Positions 10,901 to 22,900 of a DNA stretch of 64,000 nt are shown here, piece after piece; position 1 is the stretch's first letter, and every line of letters starts with the position of its first letter. The DNA is from Candidatus Cloacimonadales bacterium. Lineage in GTDB: Bacteria > Cloacimonadota > Cloacimonadia > Cloacimonadales > JAIOQZ01. A model generated the notes under the pieces. That model saw only the letters and a list, made by a program, of their open reading frames with translations. It was not told the origin of the DNA and made no database searches. The stretch lies in NCBI GenBank assembly GCA_963674825.1, contig OY771587.1, positions 2,656,001-2,720,000 on the forward strand. Reading direction: 5' to 3'. Position numbers and translations under genes: made by a program.

Positions 10901-13900
10901 TATCGGTGAGTGTCAGCCAGCTTGGCAGAGTGATCGCCGTGAAGGTCAGGTTGTCCATCACGTCGATATCTTCCACTACGATGTTGTACGCATAGGCTTC
11001 AGCTTCCACCGCAGTTGTGTCGGGTGTCGAGGTGAAGTACGGCATATCGTTCGTGTTGTGAACGGTCAGGATGAATACATCCGTAGCGCTCAGCTGATAG
11101 ATGTCCGTCGCTGTAACTGCGATCGCGTAGCTTCCAACTTCATTCTGAGTCGGCAGACCGTTGAAGTTGCGTGTGATATCGTTAAATCTCAGCCATACCG
11201 GTAGCGGATCTCCGTTCTCCAGTAATGCTGAGTAGGTCAGTGTATTGTTCACGTCGATGTCCGCGAAGGTGTTTTCCGGGAATGTGTAGCTGAAGGCTGC
11301 GTCTTCCCAGGCATCCTGATCGGGAATCGGGTTAGCGACATACGGTGCGTCCGGCTCGTCGAGAACGCGCAGGTTGAATTCGTCTGTTGCCTGGAGTCCT
11401 TCTTCATCGATCGCGATGACCCTGATGACATAGGTTCCTACATCTTCGTGAGTCGGGATACCGTTGAACGAACGAGTCTCCGATGTGAATTCGAGCCATT
11501 CAGGAAGTGCGCTTCCATCTGAGAGCTGTGCCTCATAGGTGAGCACATCACCCCAAAGGATGTCCGGATCGTAGAACGTATCGACGCGGAAGGTGAACGA
11601 GTAAGAGGTGAGTTCGTAGATCTCGTGATCCTGGATCGGATGAACGAGATACGGAGCGTCGTTCAGGTTCGCTACTGTCAGCACGAAGGAAGCGGTAGCA
11701 GTCTGTCCGGCCGGGTCTGACGCAATCAAGTCGATCGCCAGTTCACCGACATTGTCGTTGGTCGGTGTACCGCTGAAGTTCCGTGTCACAGCGTCGAAGG
11801 TCAGCCACAGCGGCAGTTCGCCATCTCCGCTTATGATCGCGTTGTAGGTCAGCGCATCGCCATCCAGGTCACCAAAGGTGTTTTCCGGGAAGGTGTAGCT
11901 GAATGCCATATCCTGCGTCGCAGTTTGGTTCGGAATCGCATTCTGTACGAACGGCGGTGAATTCACATCCAGCACCTCGATCGAGAAGCTTTGCTCAGTC
12001 GGAGGAACAGTGATGCCGTCGTCTGCGTTCAGGGTAACCGCGTTAGCTCCCACGTACTGCCAGGTTGGTGTACCGGAGAGGAGCGCAGTGCCGTCGCCGT
12101 TGTCGGTGAGTGTGAGCCATTCCGGCAAGACCGGCGCGGTGATGAGGATTCCGAGGTTTGTCCCATCGTCTGTCACGGTGATCGCGTAGGAGTAAAGCTC
12201 TCCTTCGTTGACTCTCAGGACAGGTTCGGATGCGAACTGCGGCGGGTTGTTCTCGAGAACCACGCGGAGCATGAATACATCTTCAGCAGATACCAGCGCA
12301 ACGTCGGTTGCAGTTACACGGACATTGTAGATACCAACATCGCTCAGTGTCGGTGTACCGGAGAATTCTCGGTTGGCCGCATCGAATGTAAGCCATGCCG
12401 GCAGCGGATTACCATCGGAAAGGTCTGCCGAATAGGTCAGGACATCTCCGTGGATGATATCGTCGTCGCCGAATGTGTTCTCCGCGAAGGTAAACGAGAA
12501 CAGCGTCTCGATCACAGCTCCGTGGTCGCGAATCGGGTTCGCGATATACGGTGCGTCGTTGACGTTCTGGACTTCCAGCGTGAACGACTGATCGGTCGAT
12601 TGGCGGATACCATCATCCACGCGAATGGTGATCGGGAACGATCCGACATTGTCGTTGGTCGGTGTTCCTTGAAGGACAGCCGTGCCGTTGCCGTTGTCGG
12701 TGAGTGTCAGCCAGTCTGCGATCTGGACGCCGGTGATGTTGATCTCTTCGCTGAATCCGTCATCGGTGGTTGTGATATTATAGATGTAAGCGACATCCTC
12801 GGTAGCCGTGGTTACCGGCGTTGAAGTGAATGTCGGCGGCATGTTGTCTGTGTAAACGGTCAGCACGAAGTCGTCATAAACGAATGCGCCATCTTCATCG
12901 GTTACTGTTACGCGGGTGTCGTAAAGACCGACATCCATCAAGTCTGGCATACCGGTGAATGTGTGGGTTGCCGGATCGAATATGAGCCAGGCGGGAAGCA
13001 CCGAGCCGTCCGCAATCTTTGCGCTCCAGGTCAGTACATCGCCCCACATGATGTCATCGTCGCCGAATGTTCCTTCTGGAATCTCATAGTCGAGCATGAC
13101 ACCCTGGCGGATACCAACATCCGCGATCGGGTTGATCAGATACGGTGTGTCGTTTACATTATTTACCGTGATGACGAATTCCTGCTCGGTAACCACCCGG
13201 ACATTGTCGCTTGCCTGAAGAACCACCTGGTGGTCGCCAACGTTCGCGTTTTCGGGGGTTCCGGTAAGGAGTGCTGTGCCGTCGCCATTATCGGTGAGGG
13301 TCAGCCACGCGGGAAGAATCGACGCACTGATCTGTACGCCGAATCCGACGCCGTCATCTTCGGTTGTGATGTTATACGTGTACAGTGCGTCTTCATCGAC
13401 TTCCGTAACCGGTGTTGAAGTGAATTCCGGTGGAAGGTTGCCGGAGAAGACCTGTAATGTGAATATGTCGGTTGCAGATTCCATCGCGTCGTCTGTGGCC
13501 GTTACGGAAATGGAATAGTCACCCGAATCTTGCAGCATCGGCGTTCCGCTGAATGTGCGCGTTGTTCCATCGAATGTCAGCCAATCGGGTAGCGCTTCTC
13601 TCGTTGTGAGCATTGCACTGTAGGTCAGATGATCACCATGGATCAGATCCGGATCGTCAAACGTGTTTTCCGGAATTGTGTACTCGAAAGCAGCATCGGC
13701 TGCAGTTGTGAGATCCGGAATCTCGTTTGCCACATATGGTGCGTCGTTGACGTTGTAGATCGTCAGTGTGAATTGCTGGCTGGACGCTTCGCGAATAATG
13801 CCGTCGCTGACGTAGAGGACGATTTCTTCCTCGCCAACATCGCCATTTGCAGGAGTACCCGAAAGAACGGCTGTTCCATCGCCGTTGTCCACCAGGGTCA

Positions 13901-16900
13901 ACCAAGCCGGGATCACACCATCGACGATGGTCAGACCAGCGTTGATCGCGTCGTCTTCTGCTACTACATTATATGTGTAGAGGCTGTTTTGCCATGCTTC
14001 GGTTACCGGAGTACTCACGAATTCCGGAGCACTGTTGTACGGGCGAATCGTCAAGTCGAAGAGATCGCTTGCCGAAGCTCCCGATTGGTCGAAGGCCGTC
14101 AGTTTGATAGTATAGAGGTTCGCCATGAATTCGCTTGGCGTTCCGGAGTATGTCAGACCATCAGGATTGAAGATAAGCCATGAAGGCAGAGGACTGCCAT
14201 CGATCAGGCTTGATCTGTAGATGATCTGATCGCCGTAGATAGCGTCCGGATCTTCGAATGTATCGCTGTTCGCGCTGAACTCGAAGTACTGGTTCGTGTA
14301 AGCGAACTGGTTTTCATTCGGGTTCGAGAGATACGGAGCGTCGTTCACGTTATTGACTGTCAGCGTGTAGGCTTGCTCGGTTGGGGTTGCGATACCGTCG
14401 CTGGCATAGACGATGATGTTGTAAGCTCCAACATTCTCGTTTGCCGGGACACCGGTGATGATCGCCACGCCGTTACCGAAGTCGTTGAACGAAAGCCATT
14501 CAGGCAGTTCGTTCGTCGTGATTTCGATTCCATTCAGGTTGATATTATCGTCTGTTACGAAGATCTCATAGGTATAGCGCGAATCCTGATCGATAGCTTC
14601 AACCGGTGAAGATGCAAATACCGGCGCAAGGTTCGATGTGATCACGCGCAGATTGAAATCATCATACGCAGTTTCACCCAGGTTATCGGTAACCTCTACC
14701 CGGATGGGTGTGATGCCTTCATCCCCAGGCTGCGGTGTACCGCTGATTGTGCGGGTCGCGTTATCGATGGTAAGCCATGCTGGTGCGGGGCTTCCATCTA
14801 CAGTCATGATCTCGTATGTGAGCGCGTCTCCCTGGTCTGGATCGACGAAAGCATTTTCATCGACAGTATAGCTGAAGAACGTGTTCACGATTGCGAACTG
14901 GTCGCTCAGCGGGATGGCAACGTAAGGCGGATGATTCAGCTCATTAACCAGGATCGAAAACGCCTGCTCGACCGGAGCTGCGATTCCGTCGCTGACTGTC
15001 AGCACGACAGCGTTCGGTCCAGTGTGTTCGACTGATGGCGTACCTGTCAGGGTCGCGGTTCCATCCTCGTTATCGTAAAGTGCCAGCCATTCTGGCAGAA
15101 CCGGTGCTTCGATCACGATACCACCGAAGTTGTTGCCGTCATCGTTGGTTTCCACTTCGTATGTGTAGAGGTGATCGACATCGATCATTTCCAGCGGCAT
15201 CGAGATGAATGCCGGCGGCTGGTTCTCTGTGAAGACGCGTAGCAGGAAGATATCTGCAGCGCTCAGGTCACCCTGGTCGGTCACTGTTACGCGGATATAA
15301 TAGAATCCGGCATCGGTGATCGCGGGAGTTCCCTGAAGTTCACGTGTATCCTGGTTGAATGCAAGCCACGCAGGAAGATCGTTTCCATCGGACAGCTCAG
15401 CGCTCCAGGTCAGGACATCTGTCGGATCCGGGTCGCTGAACGTGTTTTCCGGAACGATGTAGCTGAAGAGCTCTTCGGTTACAGTTGTCTGATCCGGAAT
15501 GTTGTTCACGAGAACCGGTGACTGGTTCACATCGTAAACCTCGATGGTGAATTCCTGCCATACTGGCGGCAGGATATTATCTGTAACGTTCAGGACAACA
15601 TTGTGTAGGCCCTGATCGGTTGCAGCCGGTGTGCCGGAAAGAACCGCCGTGCCGTCTCCGTTGTCGGTGAAGTTCAGCCATGCAGGCAGGGTTGTCGCGT
15701 TGATTGTGATGCCCAGGTTGATGCCATCGTCACGGGTTCTGATATCGTAAACATACGGAATATTCTCGTATGCTTCGGTCACAGGCAGTGATGTGAACAC
15801 GGGCGGTACGTCTTCGGCGTAAACAGAAATTGTGAAGTTATCCGAAGCGGATTCGTTACCGGTATCGGTCACGATCACACGGATGGAATAGGTACCGATG
15901 TTCGCAGCCGAAGGAAGACCGGAGAACCGGTGTTCTTCAGCATCAAAGATCAACCATGCCGGAAGCGGATTGCCGCTGGACAGCGTCGCCGTATAGGTAA
16001 GGACGTCGCCTTCGTCAGCATCGGTAAAGGTGTCTTCCGGGATCACAAACAGGAAGTTCTGGTGAATCAGCGCCGCCTGATCGGCGATCGGGTTGATAAG
16101 CACCGGTGGTGTATTGATGTTCGCCACGTTGATGTTGAACATCTGGGTTACCGGTGCTGCGATTCCATCGGAGACTGTCAGCAGCACGGTGTGGTTGCCG
16201 ACATCTTCGTTATTGGGTGTACCGCTCAAGGTGGCGGTACCGTCGTTATGATCGGTGAAATCAAGCCACAACGGAAGCTGCGGAGCGCTGATCGAGATAC
16301 CAAGATTCACGCCGTCGTCCGTGGTGGTGATGTCGTATTGATACGGAACGCCTTCGATAGCCGCTGTAATTGGGGTCGATGTGAAGGATGGCGCGATATT
16401 GCTGTCGATCACCTGGAGATCGAAGTCATCCGAAACCGAAGTCAGTTGGGTATCGGTTGCGGTGACGCGGATCGTGTAGGTTCCGATATCACTCAATCCA
16501 GGCGTACCTGTGAAGTAGCGGGAAAGAGGTGCGAAACTCAACCAGGCCGGCAGTGCCGAGCCATCGCTGAGAGTCGCGGTATAGGTCAGCACATCTCCGT
16601 GGATGAGGTCGTCATCTCCGAAGGTGCTTTCAGGGAATATGTAGTCGTAAGACTGGTCGATCATCGCAGCCTGATTCGGGATCGGATTCGCGACGTACGG
16701 AATATCGTTCGTATTCGCGACCGTGATCGTGAAGGACTGCGTTGCCAGTACGCGGGTACCGTCGTTGGCGGTAATAACCACGTTGTTTGCACCAACGTTC
16801 TCGTTGAGCGGTGTACCCTGAAGCAAGCCTGTGCCGTCACCGTTGTCGGTCAGCGTAAGCCATTCTGGAAGCTGCGGAGCAGCGAGAACCAGCACGGCAT

Positions 16901-19900
16901 CCGGATCCGAATCTTCGGCAACTACGTTGTACTGGTAGAGTGCATCTTCTGTTGCGTTAACAACCGGTGTCGATGTGAATACCGGGCTATCGCCGCTGTT
17001 GATGACCTCCAGCGTGAACAGGGCTGCTACCGTCGCACCGAGGTTATCGGTCGCGATGACCTTGATCTCGAGGGTTGCAACGTCGTTGTCGCCAGGTGTG
17101 CCGGAGAACGTACGGGTCAGTTCGCTGAAGCCAAGCCATGCAGGCAACAATGAGCCATCGGACAGCTCGGCACTGTAGCCCAGCATGTCGCCCCAAATGA
17201 TGTCGTCGTCGCCGAAGGTGTTCTCTGCGAAGGTGAAGACGAATGCTTCACCTTCCGTAGCAGCCTGATTCGGGATCGGGTTTGCCACGTACGGTGCATC
17301 GTTGCTGTTCTGGACGGTCAGCGTGTAAACCTGGTGGACCGGATCGGCGATACCGTCGGTGACCACGATGTCGATGTTATGGGTGCCCACGTCTTCATTA
17401 TCCGGTGTACCGCTGATCGTGGCAGAGCCACCACCGTTGTTTACCAGTGAGAGCCATTCGGGCAGATCGGAAGCGAGGAAAACGAGTCCGAAGTTCGGGC
17501 CCGAGTCGGTCGCTGTTGCTATATAAGTGTAGAGTACGTCTTCTGTCGCATCCTCAACAGGAGTCGATGTGAAGACGGGCGGGTCGTTCGAATCGATTAT
17601 CGTAAGCTCGAAGTCATCATACACACTCTCGAGTTGGCTGTCGCGAGCGGTAACTCTGATGATGTAGGTTGTACCAAGCAGTTCGATAGGCGCAGTTCCG
17701 GAGAACATGCGGTTCGCTGCATCGAAGCTTAGCCACTCTGGAAGCGGTTCGCCACTTGTCTGTCGAGCTGAGTACGTGAGCGCATCGCCATAGATCAGAT
17801 CGTCGTCGCCGAATGTTGTCTCGGAGAAGATGAACTGGTACGGTGTAAGCGCGATAGCAGCCTGGTCGGGCAGCGGGTTCTCGACGTAAGGCGGCGTGTT
17901 GACATTGAGTACCTGGAGCTCGAAGACATCGGTCGCGGTGCGTCCAGCGAGATCGGTAGCCGTTACTTCGATGCTATAAGTTCCAACATCTTCGTTAGCA
18001 GGAATACCGCTGAACATACGCTGTGACGGGATGAAGCTCATCCAGCCGGGAAGCGGATCGCCACTGGCGAGGGTCGCGCTGTATGCTAATGCGTCACCAT
18101 AGATGATGTCATCATCTTCGAACGTGTCTTCCGCGAACGAGAAGGAATATGCCGCGTTTTCGTAGGTGACGTGATCCGAGATCGGATTCACGAGCACCGG
18201 CGCGTCGTTGGTGTTAATCACATTGATCGAGAAGCTCTGCTCAATCACCGGAGAGATGCCGTCGCTGAGTGTCAGAACGATATTGTACAGGCCGACGAGT
18301 GAGTTGTCCGGAGTACCGGAAAGCAACGCGGTTCCGTCGCCATTGTCCTGAAGCGAGAGCCAGGCCGGAGCTGTCGGTGCCGCGATAACGATTCCACCAT
18401 TGTTTACTCCGTCGTCGGTTGTGACAACATTATATTGGTACAGGGCATCCTCGAAAGCCGTCGTAACCGGTGTGGATATGAATTCGGGCGGATAGTTCGA
18501 AGGAACGATGTTAAGCTCGAACACATCCGTAGCCATTGCGCCTTCAAGGTCGGTTGCCGTTACCAGGATGTTGTAGATCGCGATGTCGTTTGCCTGCGGT
18601 GTACCGCTGAATGTGAGTGTCTGATCGTCGAAGGTCAGCCATGAGGGAAGCGGATCGCCACCGTAAAGGCTTGCCGAATAGGTCAGCACGTCGCCGGCAT
18701 CGATATCGATGAATGTGCCGGCAGGGATCATGTAGCTGTAAGCCACGTCAGCCTGCGAGACCTGATCCGGGATCGCGTTTACAAGCTGTGGCGCGTCGTT
18801 GACGTTGATAACTTCAATGGTGAAGCTCTGCTCGACCGGATCTGCGATGTGATCCCACACAGTCAGTGTGACATCGTAAAGCCCGATATTGTCGTTGGTC
18901 GGCGTACCACTGAGAGAAGCACTACCCCTACCCAGATCGCTGAAGGTCAGCCATTCGGGTACGACGGGTGCAGCGATGGTGATACCAAAGTTCACGCTGT
19001 CGTCTTCGGCTTCGATGTTATAGACGTAAGGAATATCCTGCGTCGCTTCCGTGATCGGTGTCGAGACGAAGTACGGTACTTCATTCGATGAGAACACAAC
19101 GATCTTGAAGATGTCATACGCGGATTCCATCGCGGCATCCATTGCCGTAACGCGGATCTGATATTCCGTGTTCGGTGCGATACCAGCCGGAGTACCATAG
19201 AAGCGTCGGTCGCCGTCGTCGAATGTCAACCAGCCGGGTAGCGGAGAACCATTGGTGAGCTGCGCCGAGTAGTTGAGGAAGTCACCCGGGTCCGGATCGT
19301 TGAAAGTATCGATCGGGAAGGTATAATCGAACGGCGTATCGACAAAGGCAGCCTGATCGGGGATCGGGTTCACCAGTGACGGTGCGTCGTTGAAGTTATT
19401 GATTGTGAGTGTGAAGTCGTCATAGACCGATTCACCCGCGATATCGGTAGCAATCAACCTGATCGTGTAGTTACCGGTATCGTAATCGGAAGGCAAACCG
19501 CTGAACCTACGAGTGGCCGATGTGAGGGTCAGCCATTCGGGAAGCGGACTGCCGTCGTCCAGAGTTGCGGAGTAGGTCAGGACGTCACCATAGGGGAGAT
19601 CTGGATCGCTGAAGGTGTTCGACGGGAATGTGTAGTTGAATGCCACATCTTCCCAGCCGATAACCAACGTGATCTGATTGAGCACGTACGGTGCGTCGTT
19701 GACGTTAGCGACTGTCAGCGTGAATACGTCGGTTCCGCTTGCTCCTTCAAGGTCGGTCGCGATAACCGCAACATCGTAGGTTCCCACATCCGAATTGGCG
19801 GGGGTTCCGCTGAAGGTGCGTGTCGCTGCGTTGAAGCTGAGCCAGGCCGGAAGCGGCGATGTATTCTGGAGCTGTGCAGAATAGGTCAGTGCATCCGCGG

Positions 19901-22900
19901 CATCGATGTCGGCAAAGACATCCTCGCCAAAGGTAAACTGGAAGAACTGATCCTGGGTTGCGTCCTGATCCGCGATCGGGTTCACAACCTGCGGAGCGTT
20001 GTTCACGTTTGCCACCGTGATGGTGAAGTTCTGAATCACGTCCGGTGCGATGTTATCGGATACAGCGAGTACGACTTCGTTTGCTCCGACATTGTCATTG
20101 GTAGGTGTACCTTCCAGAAGTGCGGTGCCGTCGCCGTTATCGGTGAGCGTCAGCCACTCGGGAACGGTATTTCCGTTGATGAATATGCCGTCGTCGATGC
20201 CGTCGTCGCTCGTGTTGATATTATAAGTATAAAGGACGCCTTCTGTCGCATCCAGCGGCGGAGTTGTTGTGAACTCCGGAGCCTGGTTGTAAGGGATAAC
20301 GATCAGATCGAAGTCATCGAACACTTCTTCACCTGCGATATCGCTTGCTGTGACGCGTACTTCGTACGTTGCCACATCGGACAGTGCAGGCATTCCGCCA
20401 AAGTGACGGGTTGCTCCGTCGAAGGTCACCCAGGCCGGTAGATCAGATCCGTCAGACAGGGTTGCCGTGTACGTCAGCTCGTCACCATAGGAGAGATCGT
20501 CGTCCAAAAACGCGTTCTCAGCGAAGGTGTAGTCTAGGTTCATGTCGGCAGCGACAGTCTTGTTGGCGATCGGGTTCGCGACGTACGGAGCGTCGTTGAC
20601 GTTTGTCACCGTGATGGTGAATTCCTGCGTAGAGATAACGCGTACGCCATCGTTGACGGTCAGGATCACCTCGTTCGGTCCCACATTCGCGTTCAGCGGT
20701 GTGCCTTCGAGTACGCCGGTGTTGTCGCCGTTGTCGTTGAGTGTGAGCCAGGACGGTAGCAGATCGTAACCAATCTGGAGCACATTGCCCGGATCGTCGT
20801 CCGCAACTTCTATATTATAGGTATAAAGGGCGTCCTCTGTTGCCTGCAATACAGGTGAAGTGAGGAAGTATGGGTCATCCTGTGTGTTCAGAATTTCAAG
20901 GGTGAATACCGTGAATGTCGTTTCGTCGCTTGTGTCGGTAGCCGTAACCTTGATGCTGATGATTCCCGGGACGGTCGGAGTGCCGGAGAATGCGTTGGTT
21001 GCAGCATTGAAACTGAGCCATGCCGGTAGTGCCGAATCGTCTTCGAGTGTGGCGGAAAGCGTGAGTACGTCTCCCCACATGAGGTCGTCATCACCAAAGG
21101 TGTTTGCCGGAACCGTGAACGTGAATGGAGCGTCTTCCGTCGCCGTCTGAGCCGGGATCGAATTTGCAACGTAGGGTGCATCGTTCACGTTTGCGATGGA
21201 GATAACGAACTCGTCCGTCGCGGTCTCATCCGAGCGGTCACGAGCTGTAACAACGATTGTATAGTTACCTACATTTTCGTTGAGCGGCATACCGTTAAAG
21301 TTCCGCGCGGTCGGTGTGAAGGTCAGCCATTCGGGCAGCGGATCGCCACCGGTAAGTGTTGCGCTGTAGAAAAGTGTGTCGCCCACACCTACGTTCGTAT
21401 CGAAGAATGTATCGATCGGGAAGGTGTAGTCGAACAGTGTATCTTCAGAGCCGTTCTGATTCGGGATCGGGTTTGCGACGGTCGGAGCCTGGTTGAAGTA
21501 GCGTACTTCAAACAGGAAATCGTCGGTCACGCTCACATTGGAGCTATCGGTAGCTGTTACCCGGAGGTCGAAGATTCCGATATCGGCTGTTTGCGGTGTA
21601 CCGGAGAAGGTACGAGTCGCCGGATCGAAGCTCAGCCATACGGGCAGTGCCACCAGAGAGCCTTCATCAACTTTGCCTGCCGAGTAGGTAAGGAAATCGC
21701 CGTGAATTACGTCGTCATCGGCGAATGTATCGGCGGCAAAAGTGTAGCTGTAAGGTAGTGTTTCGGTGGTTATCTGGTTCGGGATCGGATTAACCAGCAC
21801 CGGTGCGTCGTTCACGTTTTCAACTTCAAGCTGGAATGTGTCTGTTGCTGTCGCGAACGCTGTATCGGTCGCGGTTACGGCGATTTCGTAAATTCCAACA
21901 TTGTTATTGAGTGGGATACCGGTGAAGGTTCTGAGTTCCGGTGTGAAGCTGAGCCAGTTAGGTAGCGGATCGCCACTGGCAAGCTCTGCACTGTAGGTCA
22001 GGATATCTCGTTGATGTTCGTTATCAGGGTCACCGAACACGTTTGTGCTGAAGGTGAATGTATAGGGGATATCCTCTGTGGCATGATGATCCAGAATCGG
22101 ATTGAGCACCACAGGGCCGTCATTTGTATTGAGCACTTCGATGCGGAAGGTTGTCGTTGCCGTGAGACCTGCTACGTCTTGTGCCGTAAGCTTGATGTTC
22201 CAGTTTCCGCGGTCTTCATTGGCCGGTGTACCGGTGAATGTACGGGTTGGTCCATCAAAACTCAGCCATTCGGGCAGCGGGATGCGAACACCCTGACTGT
22301 CTTGCTCGGCAGAGTAAGTAAAGGTGTCGCCATATGGTGCATCCGGGTCGCCGAAGGTAGAATCAGCGAAAGTGAATTCGAAATACTGATCCTCAATAGC
22401 GATCTGGTTTGGAACGATGTTCGCCACGAATGGCGGGTCGTTTGTGTTGGCGATCGAAATATCGAAGATATCCTCAGCGGTAAGGCCGGGAACGTCGGTC
22501 GCGATTACTTTGACCGAGAGGGTTCCGACGTCCTCGTTACGCGGGATGCCTGTGAATGTTCGGGTGTTTGGATTGAACTGGAGCCATGTGGGCAGCAGTT
22601 CGTCGTCAGCTTTAACAGCGCTGTATGTGAGAATATCACCTTCGGGAATATTCTCGTCCGTAAACGTATTGTCCGGGAAGGTAAAGATAAAGCCAGCGTC
22701 TTCGGTTGCGTTTCGATCACTGATCGGATTCGCAAGTTGCGGCGCGATGTTTATCCAAGTTACCCAGAGACGGAATACATCCGATGCTGTTGCTCCATCG
22801 AGGTCTTCTACCTGTACGCGAATATAAATCTGTCCAATATCTTCATGAACTGGCGTACCAGAGAAGGTCTTGGTTGCTGGATCGAAATCGAGCCATGCCG